A stretch of 64,000 nt of DNA from Fidelibacterota bacterium (GCA_016845065.1 JAERTG010000023.1:54055-118054); one strand, 5' to 3'. Shown: positions 1-9,431, numbered from the stretch's first letter. Program-made: numbers and translations. Notes: generated from the sequence alone by a model not told the origin.

Positions 1-1003
1 CCTCTTCTGGTGCTGATCGAAACACGCCCCCTCTACCTGCAATCAGCAGATCATTGTTTATTACATCGATGTCGGTGATAAATGAGTAATCAAAGGCGAT
101 ATCACGAATAGCCTCATCATATGAAAAGGCTGTGCTGTCCATGAAAGTGAGTCCAGCTCTTCCACCAATCACAAGTTGTTCATCATAGACGCTCATTGCT
201 ATTACGTCAGGTGAAAGAAGCCCAAACGGCAAGCTGGAAAAATTACCACCAACAATTTTTTGGTGAAAGATGCCCATTCCGTATGTAGAGAGAAATGAAT
301 CGCCAACAGTTCTATCACCTGTAAGAGATGAAACCTCCCCTAAGGAGTTTCTAGGATGACCATCCAGGTGCAGTTTGCCGTCAGAATCGAATGATCCAGC
401 TTCCACTGTCTGAACTGGAAGAGACTCGTACACATCATTCAAACTTGAAGAAATGGAATGGATCCAATCCACATTATCCCAGTTAATATCTAGATCATGA
501 TTTGAGCCCCAGGTTTCAAACGTTCCTGCGGCTTTTGAAAAGAGTGCGGAGTGTCTATCACCACTTTCAGGTGAGGTCGCCGAAACAATGAAATATCTTT
601 CGGAACTCCCTATATCATAACTGCCTGAAAAATTAGGATCAACCGGCAATGGCATTCTCGACATCCAACCTGAAAGTTCGTCATAAGTAAACACATAGTC
701 TGGTGTTACAATCCACACGTCCTGAGTAACTGCATTCTGCCATACCAGTAAAACCGGATATTGACTCAATCCATTGCTGGCAGTGATGGGTTCAAGCCAC
801 TCACCCTTGTGATGGCTGTACACAAGAACTCCATCTTCGACAGCGAAATAGACATTCCAGGTGCTGTAATAGCTGTGGTTGACATGCTTGCCAGCTGGAA
901 AACTGACAAAAGTACCTCTCTCATAAACATGTTGAGAAAAAACACCTATATCCAGGAATAACAACAGCAAGACATGGAGAATTAGAGATCGTAGGAGAGA
1001 CAT
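1..1003 (-). CDS. Secreted beta-propeller-like protein, runs off the left edge (partial)
   Basis: Manual translation from ATG at 1003 (MSLLRSLILHVLLLLFLDIGVFSQHVYERG...) stays open to the window edge. It has a signal-peptide-like N-terminus and propeller-blade-like segments (VYFAVEDGVLVY, VWIVTPDYVFTY, FLSTYGMGIF, LVIGGRAGLTF). Absent from the ORF track because no stop lies in the window. Confidence 0.7.
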   Translation of the reverse strand, partial: MSLLRSLILHVLLLLFLDIGVFSQHVYERGTFVSFPAGKHVNHSYYSTWNVYFAVEDGVLVYSHHKGEWLEPITASNGLSQYPVLLVWQNAVTQDVWIVTPDYVFTYDELSGWMSRMPLPVDPNFSGSYDIGSSERYFIVSATSPESGDRHSALFSKAAGTFETWGSNHDLDINWDNVDWIHSISSSLNDVYESLPVQTVEAGSFDSDGKLHLDGHPRNSLGEVSSLTGDRTVGDSFLSTYGMGIFHQKIVGGNFSSLPFGLLSPDVIAMSVYDEQLVIGGRAGLTFMDSTAFSYDEAIRDIAFDYSFITDIDVINNDLLIAGRGGVFRSAPEE

Positions 1004-1052
1004 ATTTTTTCCCGGGATTGAGATATCAGTATGTGACAACAAATAAAGGGGT

Positions 1053-1685
1053 TTAATCTGATTCAGTCAGATAAATGGCCAGGATTGCATATGCCAGGAT
1101 ACCTAAACCGATGGATCCAAGGGTAGCAACTGCCCAAAAAATACGGATGATATTGGAATCAATGTCAAAGTATTGCCCTATACCCCCACAAACACCGGAT
1201 ATTTTTCGGTCCGAGCGTGATTTGTAGAGTTTTTTCTGAGGGGGAAATATCTCTTCCATCGATGGTGTTGTCTCATCATCCCCATCACTATTGAAATACA
1301 GATAGAGCCCGAGACCAATAATCAATACCGGCCAAAGGACATGACCCATGGCCAAGGCTATCCCAGCAAAAATGCCTGCAATCGGCCCTACAATACCAAA
1401 TAATAACAGGACTCCTGCTATTACCATGATAATGCCCCAGAATCTATTAGAATAAGTCTCGGTGCTTACTTCCGATGGAGATTCCACTTCATTTTCTTCA
1501 AGCTCAGGCCTTTTTGGAATAATGAGCATGGCGATGAGATATGCTACTATTCCAGTTCCACCGAATATTACGAGAACCACCCACATGAGCCGTATGATAA
1601 CAGGGTCTACGTTGAAATACTCTCCTATCCCACCACAAACACCTTCAAACACTTTATCTTTATTGGATTTGTATAGTCTATTCAT
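1053..1685 (-). CDS. pspC: PspC-domain membrane protein (two PspC domains flanking a TM region)
   Basis: Two copies of the PspC signature (RLYKSNKDKVFEGVCGGIGEYFNVDP; KLYKSRSDRKISGVCGGIGQYFDIDS). Likely start MNRLYKS at 1685; the ORF track extends to 1727. Confidence 0.85.
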   Translation of the reverse strand: MNRLYKSNKDKVFEGVCGGIGEYFNVDPVIIRLMWVVLVIFGGTGIVAYLIAMLIIPKRPELEENEVESPSEVSTETYSNRFWGIIMVIAGVLLLFGIVGPIAGIFAGIALAMGHVLWPVLIIGLGLYLYFNSDGDDETTPSMEEIFPPQKKLYKSRSDRKISGVCGGIGQYFDIDSNIIRIFWAVATLGSIGLGILAYAILAIYLTESD

Positions 1686-1701
1686 GTTTTTCTCTTTTCC
1701 C

Positions 1702-2379
1702 TCAGTTTTCCTGTGAATTTCGATCAATTTCTTTAACTGATCCCTTTACAAGGGGAACAAACCTCACAGGATCTTTTCTTATTTTTGTAATTTCACCATT
1801 TATCTTCTTATATACCCAAACGTATTGCTCTGCTTTCCCCTCTGGAGCAACAAGGATGCCCCCCTCTTTCAAATTGTCAAAGATATGTTCAGGTATCTTT
1901 GGAGGGCTGGCCCATAGAATGATACGGTCATAAACTGTGCCCTTCTTTAAATGTTCCCAGGCACTGGCATGGATGAAATCAATGTTTGAAAGATGAAGCT
2001 GGTCAATGATGTCCTGTGAATGCCCAAGCAATTCACCGTACACTTCCATTGCCGTTACGTGATGGCATAGCTTCGCCATAAGCACTGTAGCATATCCACT
2101 GCCACTACCAATCTCAAGAACGCTATGGTTGTCTTGCAGTTCAAGATAGCTCAGCATCAAAGCGACAACATACGGTTGACTGATGGTCTGCCCAGATTTT
2201 ATGGGAAGGGGTTGATCATCGTAGGCATGATCCGGCGGGATGTGAGGAACAAACAAATGCCGGGGAACCTCCTTGAATGCCTCCAGAATAGCAGGCTGAA
2301 GTATACCTCTTTTCATGAGCTGGGTTGAAACCATTTCATGTCGGAGGTCTCGTGTATCTCCACTCTCGTTAAGTGACAT
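1702..2379 (-). CDS. pcm: Protein-L-isoaspartate O-methyltransferase
   Basis: VPRHLFVP, AYDDQPLPI, GQTISQP, VLEIGSGSGY (SAM motif I), VRFVPL. Confidence 0.93.
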   Translation of the reverse strand: MSLNESGDTRDLRHEMVSTQLMKRGILQPAILEAFKEVPRHLFVPHIPPDHAYDDQPLPIKSGQTISQPYVVALMLSYLELQDNHSVLEIGSGSGYATVLMAKLCHHVTAMEVYGELLGHSQDIIDQLHLSNIDFIHASAWEHLKKGTVYDRIILWASPPKIPEHIFDNLKEGGILVAPEGKAEQYVWVYKKINGEITKIRKDPVRFVPLVKGSVKEIDRNSQEN

Positions 2380-2524
2380 GGCTGCAATTTAATCGTTTTC
2401 CTTACCCAAGCATTAACTTATCGAAAAACATTAATTTCTGGTCGAGGTTCAATTATATTTTGGGATATTTCCAGGGTCAGCACCAAAGCAGATCATTACC
2501 ATTTAATATGGGGAGATTTCAAAT

Positions 2525-2821
2525 ATGGATATCGGGAAACAATTGAGACTTGTGCGGGAAGCACATCAGATTCTACAGAAGGATCTCGCCACAAGTGCAG
2601 GTCTAGACAAAAGCTATATTAGCAAGCTTGAGCGCGGTTTAGCAGATCCAACCTTTTCAACTCTGTCAAAAATATCAAAGGCCTACAATCTCTCAGTTGC
2701 CCACATGCTGAATTATGGGAGCGAGGAAACATTCAGTCTAGATATTGACGCAGCCCTTGACGCACTTAAGACTTTAAAATACAACATGGTAAATGTTGAG
2801 ATTAATATTAAACCTCTTTAG
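2525..2821 (+). CDS. XRE/Cro-C1 family HTH transcriptional regulator
   Basis: LRLVREAHQILQKDLA...LDKSYISKLERGLADPTFSTLSKI is a typical HTH_3 pattern. Confidence 0.85.
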   Translation: MDIGKQLRLVREAHQILQKDLATSAGLDKSYISKLERGLADPTFSTLSKISKAYNLSVAHMLNYGSEETFSLDIDAALDALKTLKYNMVNVEINIKPL

Positions 2822-2877
2822 CATTAACACTCTACAGAATTAATCTTCCGGTTATCAAAAAACAGGCTAGCTATCGC

Positions 2878-3246
2878 CTATTTATAGCGATATTCAAATG
2901 GAATTGCGTAGGTCAATGCAACTGGAATCCCATTCTGCATTGCTGGCTTCCATTGCGTATTCAAGACTGCATTAACAGCAGATCGGTCAAAGTTTGATCC
3001 ACCACTCTGGGTAACCCGTATGTCTGAGACATTGCCTTGGATGTCAACATGAAAACTCAGTATGACATCGGCATTATTACGGACGATACGATCAAAAGTT
3101 GGGTAAACAATGTTACGTGCCAATGCTTTCATCCCGCCCACAGGCATGGGATTACAACATTTCTTTTCAGCCTGTGGTTCAGCCATCAATTGTGTTACAC
3201 CAACTAATAGTATCAAGGCAGTTATGTAGCGTTTCATTCTGTTCAT
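2878..3246 (-). CDS. Small exported protein consisting of a TonB C-terminal domain
   Basis: Signal peptide, then P.GG..AL..NIVYP...V.LSF.VD..G.V..I.V..S....FD..AV.AV....W.PA.Q.G.PV. Confidence 0.85.
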   Translation of the reverse strand: MNRMKRYITALILLVGVTQLMAEPQAEKKCCNPMPVGGMKALARNIVYPTFDRIVRNNADVILSFHVDIQGNVSDIRVTQSGGSNFDRSAVNAVLNTQWKPAMQNGIPVALTYAIPFEYRYK

Positions 3247-3297
3247 GATAATCCCCTCTAAAAGTTTGTTATGCCATTAAACATAGACCTCTCTAAC

Positions 3298-3312
3298 ACA
3301 AGTGACATGCCA
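3298..3312 (-). promoter_or_regulatory. Sigma-54-like -24/-12 promoter upstream of the TonB-domain gene
   Basis: Minus strand TGGCATG-TCAC-TTGT about 50 nt upstream of the ATG. The -12 is GT rather than GC. Confidence 0.45.
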
Positions 3313-3577
3313 TTTTTATGGAAGTAATGTTATCATACTGATATTATTGCACTAACCGTGTTGTTATCTCTATTAGAAGTTGTCAATTGCTATTAGCATA
3401 TGATCTGATAATATATCAATATGATATAGACCTACCGGCTTTTAAAGTACCTGGAGTAGCATATTTTGGGTTATCAACTCCAAGGTCAATATTTAGAGGG
3501 AAAAATAGTTTGCCCCGCCAATGACGAGATTTATATTCACGCCGCTTTTAAGCCATCTCTGATGGCAGACAGCTTTA

Positions 3578-3650
3578 GCGAGAGTAGCTCAGTTGGTAGA
3601 GCTCCACGTTGCCAACGTGGTTGTCGCCGGTTCGAGTCCGGTCTCTCGCT
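3578..3650 (+). tRNA. tRNA-Gly(GCC)
   Basis: Acceptor GCGAGAG/CTCTCGC, D-arm AGCTCAGTTGGTAGAGC, anticodon arm CCACG-TTGCCAA-CGTGG, T-loop GTTCGAG. CCA not encoded. Confidence 0.97.
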
Positions 3651-3651
3651 C

Positions 3652-3686
3652 AAAAAAAAGAGGCTGAATTTTCAGCCTCTTTTTTT
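3652..3686. terminator. Bidirectional intrinsic terminator
   Basis: A-tract AGAGGCTGAA-TT-TTCAGCCTCT T-tract, between the converging tRNA-Gly and selenoprotein genes. Confidence 0.9.
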
Positions 3687-3705
3687 ATACATTTTTTTTA
3701 TCTAG

Positions 3706-4857
3706 TTAATGCCCCTTGTGATTGTCCTTTTCAGCCTTCTTGGTCTCATCAGGCATATAATCCTTAACAATCATGGCAATTTCAGGTGTATCCTCAATTT
3801 TATCATTTAATGGGATCGGTTCCAAGAAGTAGCTGTTTTTTAACTTCTTGATTAAATCCACGTTGGTCTTGCGTTCATCCCGAAGACGTGCGATAAGTTT
3901 TAACCTATTTTCATCTTCAGCAAAATGCTCTTCCAGAGTCATCCCCTCTTCCAGGCCTCTGGACATTGCTTTTAGACGATTATCCGCAAACTTGATACGC
4001 GTGTATTGAGAACTCACATTTTTCATTTGACTGACAGGATCAACATTCCTTATCCTCAACACACCTGCATACTTCCCCTGTTTACCAATTCGGATAATGG
4101 TGGTACCGTCCTTCTGTTTTGGATTTCTTTGTAATGATCCTGTCTTGGATCTAATTACAAAATTAATGCCCTTTACCTCTGCGACAACAGACCGTTCTAA
4201 TTTGTCATCCCCGTTGGTCATGAGAAAAATCAGATCCACCTTATCTTTTATTTCATCAATTGCATTTTGAGCAGCCTCAATGGGGTCTGAAAAAGCAAAT
4301 TCCTTTACTCTGGGATCTCCCTTGGTGATACCAATGAAACCCAGGGTCTGGTCATGGGTCTCGACAATGGTATATGGTTCAAAAAGAAATTTATTTGTAT
4401 TGGCATCTTTGGTGTTCGCTGAAATGATGGGGAAATTGGCTAGATCGTTCATCTCGAGAATGAAGTCTAGGCCTCCGGCCAGATCATTTGTCCCCACATT
4501 CATAACCTGACATTCCATGATGTTGTAGGATGCAATGATGGCCCTGGCTGTTTCTTTCAAATGATCACGTTGCGCTTCAGCAACATAAGGATGCTTGAAT
4601 AATGCATCTCCTGCGTCCACAAGATAGACTGCCTCTGTTTCAGCAAGTCCTTTCATAATTGTATGCTTCCTGGCGAGACCGCCAAGTGGATTAGAGCGTC
4701 AGCCGCAGGGTCCTACTTCCCCATCATTACTGGCTGCAACCATAAGCGTGAATTCATTTGCATTATATGAAGGATTGGTAGACTCACTTTTACATCCCAC
4801 TGCCACGAGGGTAATGAGCATGAGCATCAATCCTGATTGTTTGAGAAGTAGCTTCAT
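3706..4857 (-). CDS. UshA/5'-nucleotidase-like metallophosphoesterase-fold selenolipoprotein (383 aa, Sec at codon 53)
   Basis: RBS AGGA, ATG at 4857, lipoprotein signal (MKLLLKQ...LVAVG-C), then GEVGPCG-UGA(4699-4701)-RSNPLGGLARK in frame with the 316-aa ORF carrying VDAGD and FPIISAN motifs. A SECIS-like hairpin follows the UGA. Confidence 0.88.
4669..4686 (-). promoter_or_regulatory. Putative bacterial SECIS element
   Basis: CUUGGCG-GUCU-CGCCAGG: 7-bp stem starting 13 nt after the UGA, with a 4-nt apical loop beginning with G. Confidence 0.75.
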
Positions 4858-4870
4858 TGTTTATCCTGTT

Positions 4871-6178
4871 TCAACCTTTATTCATAAGTGCTTCAATTTC
4901 AGATATCTCTTTAGGAACAGCTGCTGTGAGGTTTTTGTTCCCGGACTCAGTAATAAGAATATCATCTTCAATTCGTATACCAATACCCTTGAACTTCTCA
5001 GGTGCCTTGGATTTTGAATTGACATAAATACCAGGTTCTACTGTAAATACCATGCCTGGTTTAAGCTCGATGGATTCTCCATCAGCCATGTAATTTCCCA
5101 TATCATGGACATCCAAACCCAGCCAATGGCCGGTGTTGTGCATGAAATAGTCTTCATAACTTTTATTTTCGATAACCTCATCAGGGGTACCATCCAATAA
5201 ACCGATTTCAATCATTCCCTCCACCAGAAGTCTCAAATCAATATTATGAAGTTCCTTAAAGGTGACACCAGGTTTAGAGGCTTCAATTACTGCCTTCTGG
5301 GCTTTAAGAACTACTCCATATATGGCCTTTTGGGCTTCAGAGAAATTCCCATTCGCAGGGAAGGATCTGGTGATATCTGCAGCATACATGTCATATTCGG
5401 CAGCAGCATCAATGAGAATCATATCACCATCAACTATCTGATCACGATTTTTTATGTAATGCAAGACTGTAGCGTTGTCGCCAGCTCCAACAATGGAGGT
5501 GTAGGCAGGTCCCGCACTTCCTTCGTGAACAAAATGGCTTTCCAACACAGCTTGTAGTTGATACTCAAACATTCCGGGAGAACAGGCCTTCATGGCTTTC
5601 GAATGGGCATCGGCAGAGATATCGGCAGCCTTTTGTAGAAGCCCTATTTCGTGTTCATCCTTAATCAGTCTCATACCATGGGTGAGCGTACCAACGGATT
5701 CAAGTCCTACTGGACCTCCGCCTCTCCTCTGTACATCTTTGCGAACCTGACCCACATAATCCAACATCTTGTACTGGTGTTCTTTATCGTGATTCAAGTT
5801 GGTGTAAACTTTGGACGAGGACTTCATCGCAGCCAGTGTAGCCGTTTCGAATTCTGCGATATCAAGAGCTTGATCGGATTTATATTTTTTTACCGTTTCA
5901 TCAAAACTGAGTCTCCAGCCTGTCCACACCTCTTTTTTAGGATCCTGTGGAAGTACAAACAATGTGAATGGATTTTCCTTGTTATTTGGATCTATGATGC
6001 AAGCTGCGCCAGGTTCCGTATACCCCGTGAGATAAAAGAAGTCCGAATCCTGTCTGTATGGGTATTCAGTATCATTGGTACGTATTTGTTCAGGTGCCCC
6101 TTTCAGGATCGCAACACCCTTACCCATAAGTTTTATTAAGTTTTGTCTGCGTTTATTGTAAATGTCACTCTTAAACAT
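4871..6178 (-). CDS. pepP: Xaa-Pro aminopeptidase (aminopeptidase P, M24B)
   Basis: YRQDSDFFYLTG, LHY, LIDAAAE..MYAADITRSFP, HNTGHWLGLDVHD, FTVEPGIY, GIRIEDDI. Confidence 0.95.
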   Translation of the reverse strand: MFKSDIYNKRRQNLIKLMGKGVAILKGAPEQIRTNDTEYPYRQDSDFFYLTGYTEPGAACIIDPNNKENPFTLFVLPQDPKKEVWTGWRLSFDETVKKYKSDQALDIAEFETATLAAMKSSSKVYTNLNHDKEHQYKMLDYVGQVRKDVQRRGGGPVGLESVGTLTHGMRLIKDEHEIGLLQKAADISADAHSKAMKACSPGMFEYQLQAVLESHFVHEGSAGPAYTSIVGAGDNATVLHYIKNRDQIVDGDMILIDAAAEYDMYAADITRSFPANGNFSEAQKAIYGVVLKAQKAVIEASKPGVTFKELHNIDLRLLVEGMIEIGLLDGTPDEVIENKSYEDYFMHNTGHWLGLDVHDMGNYMADGESIELKPGMVFTVEPGIYVNSKSKAPEKFKGIGIRIEDDILITESGNKNLTAAVPKEISEIEALMNKG

Positions 6179-6376
6179 ATGGCTTCAATGCTCCTTTTAT
6201 AAGACCATGAAAATAAATTGAGGGACCTCTCAGGACAAGGTACAACTTTGTCGATTCCTTATCCTCTCCCAAGGTAGTTTCCGGGCATATGGTCAATCTA
6301 TTCCAATTGGTTTAACCCATGCTGCTCTTTAGATTGATTAGTGATGAACACACGAATCGAAGGAAATTGCATATAA

Positions 6377-8296
6377 ATGAGTACCCACTTCACCGAGTCA
6401 CTTGAAACCCTAACCTCCTATCAGCGCTATAAAAGTCGCGTGGTACACATTGGCGACGTACCCCTGGGTGGCGATTATCCCATTCGAGTGCAATCCATGA
6501 CAAATACTGATACCATGGATACTCTGGCCACTGTTGAGCAGACCATCCGTCTGGTGGATGCAGGTTGTGATTATGTGCGAATTACTGCTCCCAGTGTCAA
6601 GGAAGCCCAAAACCTGGCTGTGATAAAAGCAGAATTGAGAAAGCGGGGATATACTGTTCCTCTTATTGCCGATATACATTTTGTTCCCAGAGCAGCTGAG
6701 GAAGCTGCCAAACTGGTTGAAAAAGTGCGTGTTAATCCAGGAAATTATGTGGATCGGAAAAAATTTCAGGAGTTGGAGTATAATCAAAGTGAGTATCAGG
6801 CTGAACTTGATCGCATAGAGGAGAGATTTAACCCTCTTGTTAAATTGTGTCGGGATGAGGGAACGGCCATGCGCATTGGCTCTAACCATGGGTCATTGTC
6901 AGATAGAATTCTGAGCCACTATGGTGACACGCCGCAGGGTATGGTTGAGTCAGCGATGGAATTCGTACGAATTTGTGCTTCAAACAGTTTCCACGATCTT
7001 GTCATTTCTATGAAAGCCAGCAATACCCGTATTATGATTCAGGCATATCGGCTGTTGGTGCACCAGATGAATAAGGAGGGCTATAATTACCCCCTTCATC
7101 TCGGTGTGACAGAGGCAGGTGATGGGGATGATGCCCGTATCAAATCATCCCTTGGAATCGGGTCTCTCCTACGTGATGGACTAGGTGATACTATCAGGGT
7201 TTCGTTGACGGAAGCCCCTGAAGCGGAAGTCCCAGTAGCACTTTCAATTATAAAATCCATTGAGACACTTCCCCAACATGCGTCAATTGAACCTTTATCC
7301 AATTTGCCTATCAATTTGTTTGAGTACCAACGTAGGAACACCCAGGCAACTGCATCCATTGGTGGGGATCATGTTCCAGTGGTAATAGCTGATCTATCTG
7401 ATATGAAAGATGTCACCGATAATCAATTGATCTCAGCAGGATACAATTTTGATCTCATGACTAACACATGGAGAAGCGGTGATCAAGGCGCTGATATTCT
7501 CTATTTTGGCGAGAATAATCCAGATATTCAACTTTCAGGTAATCCATTAACACTCTATGATTCAGAGACTTGGGGTGGTTTGGATACTTGGGATAACAGT
7601 TTTCCTTTATTCACGTTGAAATCATATTCAGCGTCACCGATGAAACATGATGTCGCTAATTTCATACAGATTTCTAATGATACTCCTATACCTGAACTCC
7701 CTAAGGAATCAAACATTGTCTGGCTGCTTAGTTCTTCCAATGAGCATCAGATTGCTGATCTGAGGCAATTTATTCTTGAGTTAATCAACCATGGTATTCA
7801 ACAACCAGTTATCCTGCAAAATCGAATCAATGATGAAGACCGAGATGGATTTGTACTTTCTGCAGCTGCTGAAATCGGGTCTTTATTGAATGACGGACTT
7901 GCAGATGGTGTTTGGTTGCGATCCAATTTGCTTGTGACCAAAGATTTGAATGAAATAGCCTTTGGCATCCTTCAGGCTAGCCGCAGTCGGATGACCAAGA
8001 CGGAGTATATCGCATGTCCCTCCTGCGGCAGAACGCTTTTCGACCTGGAAGATGTAACAGCTCAAATCCGGGACAGGACCAGTCATTTGAAAGGTGTCAA
8101 GATTGGAATTATGGGTTGTATAGTTAATGGCCCAGGTGAAATGGCAGATGCAGATTTTGGCTATGTCGGGACGGGTCCGGGTAAAGTATCATTGTATCGC
8201 GGACAGATGGTGGTTCAACCACACGTTCCCCAGATTGAGGCCGTTGATGCTCTGATAGATTTGATTAAAAGTGAAGGCTTTTGGGTTGATCCATAA
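6377..8296 (+). CDS. ispG: HMBPP synthase, long three-domain form
   Basis: RVQSMT, PLIADIHF, RVNPGN, RIGSNHGSLS, YPLHLGVTEAG, GLGDTIRVSL, ACPSCGRT, IMGCIVNGPGE. Confidence 0.97.
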   Translation: MSTHFTESLETLTSYQRYKSRVVHIGDVPLGGDYPIRVQSMTNTDTMDTLATVEQTIRLVDAGCDYVRITAPSVKEAQNLAVIKAELRKRGYTVPLIADIHFVPRAAEEAAKLVEKVRVNPGNYVDRKKFQELEYNQSEYQAELDRIEERFNPLVKLCRDEGTAMRIGSNHGSLSDRILSHYGDTPQGMVESAMEFVRICASNSFHDLVISMKASNTRIMIQAYRLLVHQMNKEGYNYPLHLGVTEAGDGDDARIKSSLGIGSLLRDGLGDTIRVSLTEAPEAEVPVALSIIKSIETLPQHASIEPLSNLPINLFEYQRRNTQATASIGGDHVPVVIADLSDMKDVTDNQLISAGYNFDLMTNTWRSGDQGADILYFGENNPDIQLSGNPLTLYDSETWGGLDTWDNSFPLFTLKSYSASPMKHDVANFIQISNDTPIPELPKESNIVWLLSSSNEHQIADLRQFILELINHGIQQPVILQNRINDEDRDGFVLSAAAEIGSLLNDGLADGVWLRSNLLVTKDLNEIAFGILQASRSRMTKTEYIACPSCGRTLFDLEDVTAQIRDRTSHLKGVKIGIMGCIVNGPGEMADADFGYVGTGPGKVSLYRGQMVVQPHVPQIEAVDALIDLIKSEGFWVDP

Positions 8297-8430
8297 AAAT
8301 TGAGCTTTCAGTCAGTATTGAATGCATTTTCACTGAATAAGTTGTCAATTTTCACGATTATTTTTTTGTATACTGTATTTAAATCTTAGCTTAGATTTAG
8401 GCTATTATTAATAAACCACTAGGAAATTCT

Positions 8431-9294
8431 ATGAGGAACACTCTTTTTTGCGTCGCAGTTTTCACATTATCTCTGTTCCAGCCCTCATTTGCTCAAGAAG
8501 CCCGAAACCTTGACACTGCTGAAGAGCATGTAGCATTTGCCCAAAGTATTTACTGGTCTGCTCTCACTCCCTCTGAAAAGCAGACCTTTCTATTCGCATA
8601 TATTTCCAGTGCCTATGAAATGCGTAAGCTTGTAAATTCCACTATTGCAACCTCTCCTCGTAATACACACCAGTTTAATGAGGAAATTGATAATTTATTT
8701 GTAATCTGGCAAAACCTTTTGGTTATGGAAGACAATGGCGATGCGGCCATGGATGAATTCATCGGTTGGATTGATCTCTATTTCGAAATTGATGCAAACA
8801 AGTCCACGGCCTTTATCAATGCCATAAAATACGCACACCAGAAGATTAAATCTGAAGATAAATCCGTCCTGGAATTATTCTGGGGAAAAACAACTGCTCC
8901 TGACTCCCGATTACCCAAGGATGAGGTTCTTGAACAAAAGGCGATCGAACGAAAAATTGCCGCTTCTGAGGCCAGGAAAAGCGTGGACTCAGCAGCCGAA
9001 ATCGATCCACCCATGGCATACAAACCCCTGGGAGCAACACCTACCACGGCCTTCGTACTGACTGAGGAAGAGCTGAGAATTGTTGCACTCGCAGTGGAGA
9101 CCGAATGCCTGAATAAGAATCAACCTGACGCTTTGCAGGACCCTGTCAGGCTCGAATCTCTCGCCCGTAGGCATGGCTTTGAAAGCATGTCTGCCTTTAA
9201 CTTCAAGTTTTCACATGCTCAATCAAATGAAGAGAGATGGAAATACATGAATAAACTTATCATTGAGCAGGCCTTCGATCAGAATTGTATGTAA
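8431..9294 (+). CDS. Hypothetical exported, mostly helical protein
   Basis: RBS AGGA, signal peptide ending SFA-Q, 287-aa ORF filling the ispG-comM gap. No family recognised. Confidence 0.7.
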   Translation: MRNTLFCVAVFTLSLFQPSFAQEARNLDTAEEHVAFAQSIYWSALTPSEKQTFLFAYISSAYEMRKLVNSTIATSPRNTHQFNEEIDNLFVIWQNLLVMEDNGDAAMDEFIGWIDLYFEIDANKSTAFINAIKYAHQKIKSEDKSVLELFWGKTTAPDSRLPKDEVLEQKAIERKIAASEARKSVDSAAEIDPPMAYKPLGATPTTAFVLTEEELRIVALAVETECLNKNQPDALQDPVRLESLARRHGFESMSAFNFKFSHAQSNEERWKYMNKLIIEQAFDQNCM

Positions 9295-9431
9295 GCTCAT
9301 GTTCCATATCTTGATTTAAAGAAAATGTCCAGCTAACCAGGTACATTCTCACCCGTTTCACCTCATATCCTTAAACACATAAAAGGTCCTCGGATCTTTC
9401 AATTCTCTCATTCTTCAAAAAGGAGTATGCT

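Noticed and set aside
4699-4701. UGA as a nonsense mutation (pseudogene) or as genome-wide UGA reassignment
   Set aside because: It falls in a C-x-U motif with a SECIS-like hairpin, and other genes (pepP, dnaE2, infB, truB) end normally at TGA.
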